Below are positions 12,823 through 26,039 of a stretch of 64,000 nt of DNA, piece by piece (the first letter of the stretch is position 1; each line of letters opens with the position of its first letter). The position numbers and the translations under genes were made by a program. Source of the DNA: Nageia nagi (taxonomy: Eukaryota; Plantae; Pinophyta); the NCBI GenBank assembly GCA_050084985.1, contig JBITNC010000001.1, positions 102,982,001 to 103,046,000 on the forward strand, in the 5' to 3' direction. Under the pieces are notes generated by a model. The model was given only the letters and a program-made list of their open reading frames with translations. It did not search any database and had not been told where the DNA came from.

Positions 12823-13518
12823 AATATATTCCAATTAAGTATTGAAAATATGCATAAGAAGAGATGACAAACTTTCGTCAAATGGGCAATAGTCCGAGGA
12901 ACTTGGCTAAATTGTTTTTTTGTTCTTTCTTCAAAAATTGAAAGAACACTTGAGGGTGGATCTTATTAGATTTACAATTACTGTTTGACTTTGAACTTTA
13001 GGCATATAATTGGGGTATCAGTAAAATCTTATTTTACCATGATTAAGATTTTTTTTTCCGTCACAGCTTAGCCACCATGGCTATATGCCTATGAGACTGC
13101 CTGGTAATAACAAATTTGATTTTCAGTTCGTCTTGTATGCATACTAGGGGTTTCATGTGCCTATATGCATTCTGGCTCGGCTGTGATCCAAAAATGACCG
13201 TTAATTTTCTTAATTCAAATTTGCATATTTTTGTGTTTCAAATTATAATTTATTGACCAAGGCTGTTATAAATCCATCCTTTGCCAATATATTGTGACAG
13301 TGAACCATTTATTATGCGTACTAATGTCATTTAAATTCATGATCAAATAAACTCCTGTTCTGCAATATTCACAATCATAGTGCAGATAGAAGTCTTGAAT
13401 TTGTAGTTATCTTGAAATTTATGTAGATATTTTAAAGCAAAAGTAAGAATATGTTTTATCAGTTTCTAAACTGCAATCGTTAATTCTTATCATTTGCTAA
13501 ATTTTCTTTGAATCATAG

Positions 13519-13568
13519 GTGAACTTGGAAGCGCTACCAGCATGGGAAGAAAAACAAATGTTCAAGGA
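13519..13568 (+). CDS. Host gene exon B (50 nt): VNLEALPAWEEKQMFKE
   Basis: aatcatAG acceptor, GTatgt donor; phase-compatible with exons A and C. Confidence 0.92.
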
Positions 13569-13757
13569 GTATGTTAATATAAACATTCTTTTTCTTTTAC
13601 CATTTATAGGTTATATATTCCTTGATTTTCTTTTTGTCTAAATTAAAATGCCGTTTTTACATCTTTTTGTTACTACAACTTTTTCTCCCTGGTCATTTGT
13701 TTGTCATTTTTTTCCATTTCAATTTACATCCTTGTCTCGACTTAATGTTTTCTACAG

Positions 13758-13799
13758 GTATATGGAGGATTACAACACAGCTACATTTCCATCAAAGAA
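13758..13799 (+). CDS. Host gene exon C (42 nt): YMEDYNTATFPSKK
   Basis: ttctacAG acceptor, GTaagt donor; phase 2 at both ends. Confidence 0.92.
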
Positions 13800-15783
13800 G
13801 TAAGTTACAATTTTGTTTCAAATTCCAAATTTGGTTTGTAACTTTCTTTATGTATAGTGATAAGGATTCATTATTATTTAAGCTTGCTTATTTATTTAAG
13901 TGGTTCTGGTATTTTACAGGAATGCTTTGGGACCATTTATGTTTGTTACTAATTTTCTGAGACATGCGTGAATGTAACTATTTTTTATTTGTCACAAGTG
14001 AAACAATTTGTTACCATGGGAAGGTGCATGGTAATCAAAATCACTTTCCTGAATATCATCGTTTTTGGTCAAGTTGCTCCTGATTTGGTTATATTGCTCA
14101 CTCAATTTTGGTTTCTTTCTTGATACTTCTAAGTTCATCTATTTCTCTTCATCTAAGGATCACCAGCATTGCCCTTGGAGAAAAATATATTTCGACAGTC
14201 CCTTGCTTTATTGCTTTTTAAACTTGGATTTATATTCCTGGTAAACACATTTATAACATCGATTTCTTATTTCTTGTGGTCCACTTATTTTTAATATTTG
14301 ACTTTTTAGTTAAATAGGAAGAACTGTAGCTTACAATTCATTGTCGTGTGAGGTCATCTTGTTCATCAATATTTCTTCTTGACATGGTCATCTTTGCATC
14401 TAAAATTAAAAGAAAAAGTCATTTTTAGGTTGCAACCTCGCCAACATGTCTGTAGGCTATGAGACTCACTTATGCGAATGTACTTTATTTTATTTTGATT
14501 AGTTCAAATCCGTGCCTATGTGGATTTCAATCCTTCAATCAAGCTTATACCCATCAATGCCTTGCTGATCCATGTCATAAGTGCACATAAGAGTTGCGTG
14601 ACTTGATTAGCTAAGAAATATGATTGGTGTCACATGCAAAGGGGATATTTGAACTGTTTACTTTTAGTGAGAAATTTTGTATGGGAGTTTTTTTCCTTAA
14701 GGATTTCTAAACTCAAACAAGGATGATAGTAACTTCTTGATTTCCTGAAATAGTGAAGGAAATATATTACTTTTGTTGGTTTTTGAAATTATTTTGTAAT
14801 GATGATAAGGGGGCCCCGGGGGCCCCCTAGATGCAGCCTGTAGAATTATAAGTTGGCTTATGGAGGTTGCATAGTGGATTCATATTTGTGTCATTTCAAT
14901 GTAAAAGGGTAGCTTAAATAATGTACATATAAAATAAGCAGATCAATTTATGGATGATGTTTGTTTGAAGGCCATGTTTGTTGGAAAATTGATTTAGCCT
15001 TTTCCAAAGTTTTCAGGCTAAGTGTGAATCTTTATTCTGAACCACAGGAATGTAGTGAATAACTTAAAAGAAAACATTCACACAACATGTGAAACTTGTA
15101 TGTACAATGATCTAGGAGGATTTCATAATGTAAGTGGATAATGTTTATAGACAATGTGTGCTGTATGTCAAATACACATCTAATGTACGCCCAACTGGTA
15201 GGTAGGTGGATGCAGTGGGTGAGAAATTACAAATTAGGCACTATTAGGTATGCATCTGCCTCAAGGTGTAATTATCCACTGCTATTCATAAATGAGTGGT
15301 TCCCACCTCCTACACCCCCTTGGTGTTGTTGTAAGAGTCAAAAGGAAGGTCGAGCAGGGTCTGTCTGTTGAAACCTATGCTTTGGATCGATCTTTGAACA
15401 GGTGTTAGTCCATAGAACTATTCCTTTTAATGTGAAATATACAGATCAGTTTAGATGGCATCCTTAATATCATGCTTAAAATTAAAATTACTTCATCTCC
15501 AATATTCTCTGCATGAGATTCAGATTTAGTTGCAAGGTTCTGAAGCTTTTGGCATATTTCTATATTGGGGACAAAAAATTCTTTTTTCATTCATATCATT
15601 TAGGTGATTAAAGCATAATTAGCTTTCATGAACATTGCTGAATGGTGCATAATCTGAGAAATTAATGAGACATGAATGACATCAGCATGTTAATTCTTGT
15701 AATATATGTGATCTGTTCACAAATATCTTTTTTATTGATAGTATATTGTTTTGCTAACTTAATTTACATCCACTTTTTTCTAG

Positions 15784-15897
15784 GTACTATGATGTAGATG
15801 CATATCATCGTCGCCAAATGGTGAAAGAAATGGAAAAAGGTCTACGAAAGGTAACTCAAAAAGAGCGCACAATATTTGATGATGAAGAGCAACGTCG
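15784..15897 (+). CDS. Host gene exon D (114 nt): YYDVDAYHRRQMVKEMEKGLRKVTQKERTIFDDEEQRR
   Basis: tttttctAG acceptor, GTgagt donor; open frame continues into exon E. Confidence 0.92.
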
Positions 15898-16234
15898 GTG
15901 AGTATCTTATTATCTATCTTTTACTTTTTAAGGTTATCATTTATTACTCTTGTGGTACTAAGTCAATTCATTGCATTATTTGTATTACATTGCATTTATT
16001 TCAGCTAGAGCCATACACCAATAGATAAAACAACATAGGCGGATTTGGAATATGAGATCTTACCCCCTACGAAACTTCTTCAAGGAGTTCTTAAATAGTT
16101 GAATTGCTTGCTAATGTAGTAAACATTATTGTTTTGAACATTCCCCATTAATACTTACTTTATGCATCAACCAACTGCTTAGCAATTGATTGTATATTTT
16201 CTCATTTAGTAACAATTGTTAACATTGGGTACAT

Positions 16235-19200
16235 TATTGTCCTCCAACACAACTGCTGCAAACAAGATAGGACATGCACTTAATTCTGTGCTGCCATTTT
16301 CAACCAATACAATGGCTTGCCACATTTGTGGCTAATTCTAGCCGACCAGAAGCAAATAAAGACCTAATTTTGCCTATAAAAGAGGAGTTCACCTTCATTT
16401 GTACTTATAAATTGGCTTTCTCTGTCTCCGAATTCGCTAGGTCAGAATGGCAGAGGTAAGCTTTGAGATGAAGGGGAAGAAGATCAAGTCAGAGGAGGTG
16501 GTGACTACCAATGGTGCCTCATCAAACAAGAAGAGCAACATTGACGTGGCAACTTTGATTAGAGCAACACATGAAGACCCTAGCCAAAGGGTGAAGGATG
16601 AGTCCACCGAGACTCACTATGTAAGAAAATTCATCTTTAAGGTCAATAACACGCTATCAATCACTAAGGTCTTTTTGAACAAGGACCCTAAGAAATCGCA
16701 AGTCTTGGAGGCCCATACCTAGAAGATGGAGATAAGTGAAGTCAAGGCCACAGGGGTAGAGCAAATCAAAGAGATCAGAAGGATTACATAGGAACTGGAG
16801 CACAGTCCTGAAGAAGACAACACACTCTCAGGGTCGTACCATTCTCAAGATAGGGTGACCACTCAAGGAAAAGAAAGAGCCATATGTCTAGAAGCATCAA
16901 ATTAGACCAGTTTCAGCCAAAATTATGAAGCAGATCATTAGAACAAGGACATCTTTGATGTGCTTGATATAGGGACGATGAGGGTCTCGAGTCATGGGTT
17001 GTAGAGGCAAAAGGGATGAATGAAGTCATGAGCACCAGTTAGATGGAGGTGTTGCACCTAAGATGCAACAATTTTCAAGTTTATTTTATATATATTTTTT
17101 GCATAATTTCATTTTAATTTGGACCTCAAAACTTTATTTATTTTGATTAAGCCTTGTGATGGATGAGAATTTGCTCCTACAAGTGTTGTATTTAATCTTG
17201 TAGTGTCATGTGGCATGTTTTTATTGGACCACTAGTAATTAGGTTTTATTTTAACTAATTTCATTTGAATTTGCATTAGGGTTAGGGCAACACTTAGGGT
17301 TGCATTCAAAACTATTTATAGCCGTTGAAGGCTCATTTGTACGTAGGATGATCATTTTACTCAAGAGGAGCTATTTTGAATTTGCTAAAATCTTTAACAC
17401 TCTCTTGTATGTGAATGCTGACATAATTAATTAAATCAAGACTTGTTTCCACTTAATGGGATTGTGAGTTTGAGTACTCGTGCTTGGTGTTTACTTGTAG
17501 TTACTACATTACTTGTGTGCATTTCTCCCTAGTGTAGGCTTGTTAGAAAGATGTTTGAATATCTTATGAAGTTGTGTACTTGCTATTTGATGAACATCAC
17601 TTACTCTTCCGCATGTAGTGTTATTTGTGAGGTTCAGTTGTGTTGTCATTGTTGTCAACATACTCACTTGGACTTGGTACACTCCACCTTAGATCAGTGT
17701 TTGCGTGGTGCGCTCCTATTAGATTGTGTTAGAAAGTTCAAAAAAGAGTTTGGAGCATTGCTTGACATTAAGAAATGAAGTGGTGGTGTTAGTTCAGAGT
17801 TTGGGCCACTCAGTTGCATTGTTGGAGCTTAGTTGGGAATTTTTGCATATAGTTTGACAGTTGTAAAATCTGCATCAGATGGCATTTTGTAGAAGGTATA
17901 TATATAAATCCATGAGGATTTATAACTTGAAATAATTTTTTAGTTGTAGTCTAATGTACGAAGAACCAAAATGTTTTTACTTCAGACTAAACGGATTCTT
18001 GAGGAAGAAATGGTGGAAGTTGCAAAAAGCTAATTTTTCACTTTTTCCAGTTTTTGACAGTTCTCTAAGTCCAAAATCAGCAAGGAAAATGCAAAATTGA
18101 GATTTTTATTGATTGGATTTGAATTCCGTCGAATCTCACACCTTTAGGGATGTAAAAGAAACAATTTTGTCCTATTGATATTTTTCCAAAAATGCCTCTA
18201 AGTATGAGAAGCTTGAATGTGCACAAACTTTGGATGTCAAGTGTTTGAGAAAATGTCTGTAAAAACAGCGTCGAAGGCCACTTTGTTGGAGGTATAGAAA
18301 TCAGTCCAAGAAGAGATAGATGGTGAAATTTAACACGATGATAGTTGGTATAACTGTGAACATTTTTCCTTCAAGATGCAGTCTTTTTCGTGGAACGGTA
18401 CAAAAGTTACAGCAGCCGCAAAATGCTAATTTAGCCTATTTTTCTGTTTTTTCCAGTTTTGGATTGGGAAGTGTTTGACAATATGCATGAGCTGAAAAGT
18501 GCTAAGGTATAAGTTGGTTTTTAATACATTTCAAAGGATTGGTGGCAAGTGTTTGACGAAAGTCCCAAAAGTGAAAAATCAAATAGAAAGGATGCATGGC
18601 AAGTGTTTGACAAAAGGTTGTTTTGTCTTATTTGTGATGTGGCACTTCATGAATGGGCAAACCAAGTTGTAACTCTCATCCACAACCAAAAAAAAATACG
18701 TGTAGAATGGTTATAGTTAAAATAAAAAGTGGTTGGAAAGTTTATTATGTAATATTAGAGTGAAAAAGAGTGTATTGAGTGTTCTTGGTGGGTATGTGAA
18801 GGTTTTTTTTTTACAGTTTTACATAAGAAGGCATTTGTGGCAAGGAGAAAAGGAGGAGTAATGGATTATTTTGTGTAAGAGCATACATATGGATTGTTAG
18901 CAAAGAAGTGCAGGTGACAGTTTGTATTATTGAGCATTGTAAGAGAAGATTTGTAATGTTTTCTATTTTGCCGGATTTGAGTGTAGAGGCATTACTGAGC
19001 ATATCTTTTAAGATTCGGTGGTTGAGCTTAGAAGGAGTTTGGAAGAGGAGCTTAATGGGTATCTGAATGTGGAGTTAATTGGTATTTTTTTTAAGTTGGT
19101 TCTTTTGGTATATTGATGTGCAGAGTTGGAGTTGCAGAGTTAGAATCAGCAGATTGAATTGAGCTAGACTATCAGAGTCTTGTGGAATCATCCCAAAAAT

Positions 19201-20124
19201 ATTTTTGTTATCTTTGTTGAGTCGAGTTGGTGCTTGGCTCTAGGGGATTGGTGTCTCCATCTAGTTGGTGCTGGTAAATTTGGGAATAGGTGTTCCTTGC
19301 AGTAGGTGCTGCAGAGTCAGGTCAGTTGGTGCTTGTCCTTCAGTTGGTGCTGTAAAATTGAGCATTGATTTCTGACTGGATTTGGATGGGAGTCCAAGCA
19401 GTCATTTTGGAGAGTGGTTTTTCCCGCATTGGGTTTCCACTATAAATTCTGTGTTGTGGTTTGCTATTTGTGTGGATGAGTTTTAATTGCTTGCATTAAA
19501 TAAGTAAAATCTTAAAACACACTGATTCACCCCCCTCTCTCAGTGTCACCCATAGTTCAACATGTAGATGAATGAATGTTGGTGAAATTCTTGCTATGTC
19601 GTTTGGTTTGATGTGCTACTCACGTTGTTGTTCATTCACAACACTGCTATAGGCTCCTATTTGTTTACTATTCGAACTTAGACGTTTGTAGAAAGGTGGG
19701 ATAAGTGAGTGTTTCACTTCATAATAAACCCGATAAGAAGGTGATCTAACCATTGGTTCATCAATGGGCTTGTCATTGAATATACTCCCCTTGTGTGCCA
19801 TCGTCCCCCCTTTGCACTTTCTTTAGCCTTTTCTTTTGTTATTTTCTTTTTTTTACCATCAAAAGTCTATACTCTCAATAGGTGTAAGATAACTTCAGTG
19901 CCCACAACAAATGTGGTTAATTGTTGCTACCTCTATCCTCCCACTGAGTATTTCAAATATAGCTATTGTCATAGTCGCATAAGACCTCTCATGATGCTGG
20001 AAACTTTGGGGTACCCAATGCTTTCAAGCGAAGGTTAGTAACACAGCCTCACTCACATGTTGGATGTTCTTTCCTAGTTATCACCTAGGTGGTCTTCGTA
20101 AATGGAAAGAAAAACACTCCAACA
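16235..20124 (+). mobile_element. Large gypsy-type LTR-like unit (same group as 38459-42405), interrupted by a solo LTR; TATA at ~16372 followed by a decayed ORF (~16447-16990)
   Basis: 19840-20124 aligns by eye with 42100-42405 and ends ...GGAAAGAAAAACACTCCAACA versus ...GGAAAGGTTTCCTTCCCAACA. The left boundary (tattgtcctccaacac) is tentative and there is no TSD. Confidence 0.55.
17619..19562 (+). mobile_element. Solo LTR (1944 bp), Sirevirus-like copia
   Basis: TGTT...CAACA termini with perfect 5-bp TSD TGTAG (17614-17618 / 19563-19567). C-rich ATTCACCCCCCTCT signal near the 3' end, typical of SIRE-type LTRs. Repeated AGTTGGTGCT motifs at 19220-19355. Confidence 0.85.
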
Positions 20125-21061
20125 CCTTCTTCCACCAAATTTTCTATAAAATGGTATTGAATCCTAATGTATTTTATGTAATCATGGAATGTTGGGTTCT
20201 GAAACACACCAAATACAAATACACACAAAACAATAATAATTCCATAGGGCAAAATCTGATTTCTTTTATATTTTGTCTTTTCAATAAAGAAAGCTTGCAA
20301 CTACAGCAAATTACAAGTAAACAAGACAATGCCATACAATTGTATGTAAGCAAGACAACTACAGATCACTAAACACACCTCAAAGAGCTGTTCAAACAAT
20401 TGTAACACTTTCAAAACTCAAAACAAACCCCACAAGAACTAGATGAACAACTGTATCATTGTTTGCAAGCTAGATCGTTGTTGGACAGATTTCTCAGAGT
20501 TGTCTTCAATTGATTATCTCAGCAAATAACACCCTTAGGCCAATAGCCTCCAAAGGCTGGATTTCTGCTCAAAACCTTCTAACTTGCCCTCCAATAGGTT
20601 GATCTACACTTCAGCTTCAATGATGTTTCCCAAATCAAGCCCAAATCACCAATCTTGATGTGGATTGGTTAGATCCAACTGGGTAGATAGCTCTAGGATC
20701 TGATCCTTCAAGCCTCCATTGAATTGATCTCCAATGGGAACCCCAAGAAACTCCAGCAGATGCAAGAGTCCAAAAGAGCAAAGCTCTTCCAAATTCCAAA
20801 TTCTTCAAATTCATCCCTTCCAAATGATCAACTCTTCCTCTTAAATATTCTTGGAAATCTTAATTTTAGCCTCTTTATAGTTACAAAAGTTTGCCTCATA
20901 ACAGTTACAAATCCTCTCCTATGGCAGTTACAAAAGCATTAAATAATACCTTAGATTTTGACCTCATAATGGTTACTTTTGCCAAAATGGTAGTTACAAA
21001 TGCTAAAGACATTTAATACTGCTTTATCATCCTAGCCATCAAGCTAAAAACGTGTACCAAG

Positions 21062-24000
21062 CATAGAATAAAAAGACGGTTTTTTGAAAATACAGCTTGG
21101 GGCCAAAGACGTAAAAACGACCATTAAATGGTCAAAATACGTTGAATACGACAAAAATTCGTGGCTCTAAAAATACGTAAATACAGAAAAAGGGGAAAAA
21201 AAGGGGCAAAAAATGGAAAAGAAATGGAAAATATAGGGAAAATATGTGATCAAAGAATGGAAAATATGGCAAATAAACGGACAAAAGACGTGGAAGTGAC
21301 GGAAAATTCGAGGAAAAAATGGTGATGCATTGAAAAATAAAAAAATTGCAATTTTTTAACTTTTTCTATACGATATGCTTATCTAATTACCATAAATGAT
21401 TAAATCATTCACATAAACGATCATATCATCTACCAACTACCAAGTTACAAACACATTCATATTTCATAAATCATATCATCGATATATGAAAATAAAAAGC
21501 ATCTACAAAATGTTTGTCAGATCATAAGTTATAAATCTACTACTACTAGTACTGTCACTACTATGACATTGTCCCATACACTCATAATGCCACTAAGCGT
21601 CCGTTGCTAAGCACCAACAAAGTACAAAATACAAATAATACTAAATAACTAAATACAATGTCTCATGAGTCATGACTCCATGTGTGGGCCCTGTGGACTC
21701 ATCAATATGTGTGGTTCGGGGATCCAGCCCTTTTACTATGCAATCGGTTGCCACCACTAGTACTACCAGTACCATTACCACATGCTCCACTAATAGGTGT
21801 AGTAGGAGACTGAGAATGAAAAGGTGGTCTCGTGGGGTAGGAGTACTACGAGGAGGCAATCCTAAACTACTAGAACTGCCACCAACACTCTTGCGGGGCT
21901 TTTGCCAAATCCTCTGGTATTGAATGAGTGGCTCATCATCGTCAGGCTCACTCTCAATGTCTCGGAAAACCCAATGCTCATAAACCTGGTGAGGTCCAAC
22001 ACCATGATCAATCTCCATAGGAGGAAATGGATCAAAACGTTGATGCTCCTCCTCCTCCTTGCCTTCATCTACAAGTTCATCTATATCTTGCTCCATGCCG
22101 AGCCATTCTTATCGAAATGCTTCATGTAACTCCTCCTCTGGATCTGCCACTACATCCACTAAAGGTGCATCATTGTCAAAAAAACAAAAACAAGTCAACA
22201 TTTATAATTTTATAGGACCTATCAAGATATTTTAAAAATCACATGTAGGGGGGTGCTAGGTGGGAGTAAAAACGAAGAAGATAACCTATATGAGGGATCA
22301 ATGGTAGTCAAGTTAATGGGCTCATCCTCATCCTTCTTTTGCAGTTGCCTCACATACAATCGTAAGTTGACATAAATGTACACAATATCATTCAAGCATT
22401 GTGTTGTCAACCTACCAACATAAAAAAAATGAGATAATGATAATTGAGAGTGAGATTCGAGAATTAAGAAATTTCCATTGCATTTTGAAAGTTGAAAGGA
22501 ATCACAATTGGAATGAATCAAATTACTAAACTGTTGCGCTTCTTGGAATGAATTTTTCAAATGTACTCCAATTGCGCTCACTTCTTGAAGTGCTACATGT
22601 TTGACTAAGGATACGGATGGCAAATCTTTGGAACTCAAGTGTTTCACCCCCAAAATTTGCCCACCACAACTCTAAAAAATGTAGTAATATCAAATAAAAA
22701 AACATTAAATATTTAAATGCCTAAATGTATAAACTTAAAACTTAGAAGTAATGCATGAACTTTGTATTTTTTTCACTTGAAGCAATCATGAAATGTGCCT
22801 TTCTAGTGGATTGATACCTAAAGAGGCCTCTTGAGTGCTTGTATGACTCAAGCTCCTTGAAGATTTTGGATTGAGTGGTAGGATCCTGAGCCATACTAGC
22901 TACACATTTTGTAAGCCCCAAGTTAGCATGGGTATCAGTCTTGTATTTTGAGTTTGGTGCAAAATACAAGATAGGGTTTAAGATGGCCCTTGCAGCATGA
23001 ATAGGGCGTTACAACATATTCCACCACCGTTCATCAATGAGAGCCCAAAACTCCATGTGCTTGTTACCAAACTCATTATCCTCATCAGAGTGGTCAATAT
23101 AATAATGCATTATGGCCTCCTTGGCCCTAGCCATAGTCTCATACAAATAGCCCATAGTGGGCCTATCACTATCAACCAGATGAAGTACTCGTACAAGTGG
23201 TGCTGTCACACTACAAATCTCTTTGAGCGTCGCCCAAAATCATCCGTGGATATCAATGAAGACACGACCATACCCTCTAGCCTCGTGCTCATGGTTGTAT
23301 CACTCCACTCTCTAGAAACAAACATGGAACGCAACCCATGCATGTTCCGAAATAGTGACTGAAGGCTGATGAAATTGGAGGCAAAACGTGTAACTCTTGG
23401 GCGCAACAAGTCCTTGCGGTTGGTTTACCTCCTCATCATACTAAGAACAGTGGTTTTATTATAAATATACTTGGTAACACAAGATAAGAAATTAAGAATC
23501 AAGATAGTCTAAGAGTAAGAATATAAGATAAGAAAAAAATATGATAAGATAAAACAAGATAAGATAGATGTACCTTGTGATTGTCCTAGCTTGGTCAACC
23601 ACCTCTTTCACCCAAGCCATTTTTCCTATGTCCTCCAAAAGAAGATCAATGCAATGACAAGCACATGGACTCCAGTACAAGGAGGGATAAATATTCATGA
23701 GCTTGCTACCTGTTGCAACATAACTAGAAGCATTGTTTGTGATCACCTGAACAACATGCTCTAGCCCCACCTCCTTCACAAACTGATCCAATAAGTCACA
23801 TAACAAGTTTGCATCTTTTGCCTTATCGGATGCATTAGTGGATTTCTTGAATATTGTCCCATATTTGGAGTGTACTAAAAAATTAATCAAGCTTCTACTC
23901 TTACTATTTGACCACCCATCAGATAATATTGTGCAAGCCGATAACTTGCAAGATTCTTCAATATCAACCATTCAAAAAATAGTAAAATAAATTAGAAAAC

Positions 24001-25332
24001 AACTAAATAAAAAAAGTAATTTAAAAAATGTAATACATATTGTCTATTGAAATTTGATATCACTATTTACGTACTGTCATGGACTTCTTGCTTGAGATCC
24101 TTCATGAGAGACCCTTGCATTTCTGCATGAGTAGGGCCTACATACCCAGTTCCAGCGTTAGCCATTGCATCGATCGCTGGTTGCCAAAATACACTCTTGG
24201 TAATGTGGATTGGAACTCCTTCATAATAGATCAATTTCGCCAACATCAAATCAACTTCTTTCTTCTCCTTTTTCTTCAGCATACTCATAATGGATGGTTG
24301 GGATCTAGGAGTTGTCCGGGGTTGAAAGTAGAAATGGACTCCAACCCTTCCAGGGTATCCACTTCCACTAGGTCTACTGGCACTTGCACTTGCCCTTGCA
24401 CTTGCACTTGCACTGCCACCTACACTTGGACTGGACACATTTCCACTTGAAGAGCTTATCCCTCCTAGCTCCATTCGAAATGCTTGTTTCCTCTCTTTTT
24501 TCTCAACAATAGAATCCAATTTTCTAATTGTGTCAAAAGCAAGATTTGTAGTTGCTTTTGGGCAACTCTCTACATCGCTTCTTGATCTCCCGGAAAGATG
24601 CCTTTTGAACCTTGTAATTGTTCCTCGGATAGGCTTGCCACATAGATTGCAACTGAAATGCTGAGAATTGCCACGAACCCCCTCAATTGGAGTCACATAT
24701 TTCCAAAACCTGTCCAACTGTTTTGGCATTTTGGTGTCTTGGAAAAACTCCCTCAATCAATAATGCTCTAGCTCCTCTCTCTTTCTCCAAGCCTTGCAAA
24801 GCAAAAATGAGGGGAAAAACCCTTCCCCCTCCCTTTATTCCTTCTCCCCAGCCACCTAACACATCCCGCGTTTTCACGGCGTCTTTGGCATTTTTTGGCC
24901 GTTTAAACAGCATTTAGATGCAAAAATACGTTTTTTGGCATCTTTTCCTTTCAAACATGGGTTTTGTCTTTGTCAGCCCGCGTCTTTTCCTCTTAATATG
25001 CATTTTTTCCATGTTTAAACGTCGTTTTTCGATGCAAAAAAGGCCAAAAACGATGGGGTGTTTTAAGTTCCATTTTTCTTGTGTTTTCTTGGCATCTTTC
25101 ACGTTTAAATGGCGCATTTTGGAGGATAAAACGTGTTTAGGTGGTTTGTAAAATTTGCGGTCAGGCTTGCATCTTTTCAACGTTTTTTCCGCATTTAGAC
25201 GTCGTTTAAACGGCTCGTATTTTGAACTTAAAAATGGCGTTTTTTTTGGTTTTTTTGAGGAAAATTCGGAATTTTCCCAAAAATGGAAAAAATGTTGTTT
25301 TTCATGTTTGAATGCCGTTTTTTAATTCTTTG
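21062..25332 (-). mobile_element. Complete hAT DNA transposon (4271 bp)
   Basis: Perfect 8-bp TSD GTACCAAG (21054-21061 / 25333-25340). TIRs CATAGAATAAAAAGACGG and CAAAGAATTAAAAAACGG (15/18 match). Subterminal AAACG/CGTTT-rich tracts. Confidence 0.95.
21641..24756 (-). pseudogene. hAT transposase (BED zinc finger - DUF659 - hATC dimerisation), intron-containing, disrupted
   Basis: FWKYV..CNLCGK..GTITRFKRHL (BED); TILSDGWS..LINFL and WSPCACHCIDLLLEDIG (DUF659); RPRVTRFASNF; PTMGYLYE; WWANFG..ERNWSTF. Confidence 0.9.
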
Positions 25333-26039
25333 GTACCAAGTCAATGATATTATTTAATACCTTTTTTCTTGTCCCAAAACTATTCTAAATACATAACCAA
25401 CTCCCTAAACACTTATATTAACAATAAACCTTCTCAAAACACACTAACCCACCCCTTAGAGGCCCGCAAACACAACAAAACATAAATTTGAAATGTTTAC
25501 AAGGCTAGAATCTTACCTTACATCATCGTGAAATGATCCAATAGTTGATCTAGTCAAATTGCCTCTTTGTTGCCTTGTGTTGTTGCCATATATTCTGCTT
25601 CATTGGTTGATAAAGCCATCATCGATTACAACTTAGAGGACCAAATCATAGCTCCACAAGTATATCCTAAAGTGGACGCCCTTCATCTAAATCTCCACCA
25701 TGATTAGCATCCAAAAAACCTTTAATTTGCAAATTTGCCTATTTGTAGTAAATAGCATCAATGTTTATCCAAAGTACTCTTTAAGTATCTAAATATCTAC
25801 TTCATTGCAGTCCAATGCTCTTTACTAGGATTTGCCATGAATAAATTGACAACTCCCATTGCTTGGGCAATGTTTTCTCTGATGGTCAACATGGTGAACA
25901 TGAGCTTCCTATGTTTGATGAGTACAGTACACGAGACATCCTTGTCTTCTCTTCTTTTGTACTAGGACATTGTTTGGAAGACATATTAATGTGTAGAGGA
26001 AGTGGAGACAAACTAGTTTTGCATTCTGCATGTTGAAGC

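Larger units (their letters stand above)
9346..12948 (-). mobile_element. Probable 3.6 kb solo LTR-like unit carrying a spliced non-gag/pol ORF
   Basis: TGTTGTGAAAATTTT...AAAATTGAAAGAACA termini form an imperfect inverted repeat (TG..CA). Degenerate 5-bp TSD tttgg/cttga. The AAATTTGCTGGAATT motif near one end is shared with the 1-3048 unit. Confidence 0.55.
20200..25522 (-). mobile_element. Solo LTR (~1040 bp once the hAT is removed) inserted in the old copia RNase H
   Basis: Minus strand TGTAAGGTAAG...TTTGGTGTGTTTCA. RNase H resumes on both sides, but there is no TSD and roughly 15-20 codons of RNase H are missing. Confidence 0.6.

Noticed and set aside
14808-14828. AGGGGGCCCCGGGGGCCCCCT near-palindrome
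   Set aside because: Too short and isolated; no associated element or function can be supported.
13517-15785. AG|GT at three acceptors as recursive splice sites
   Set aside because: The GT is explained by codons (Val GTG; split GAG-TAT and AAG-TAC), and the adjacent introns are comparatively short.
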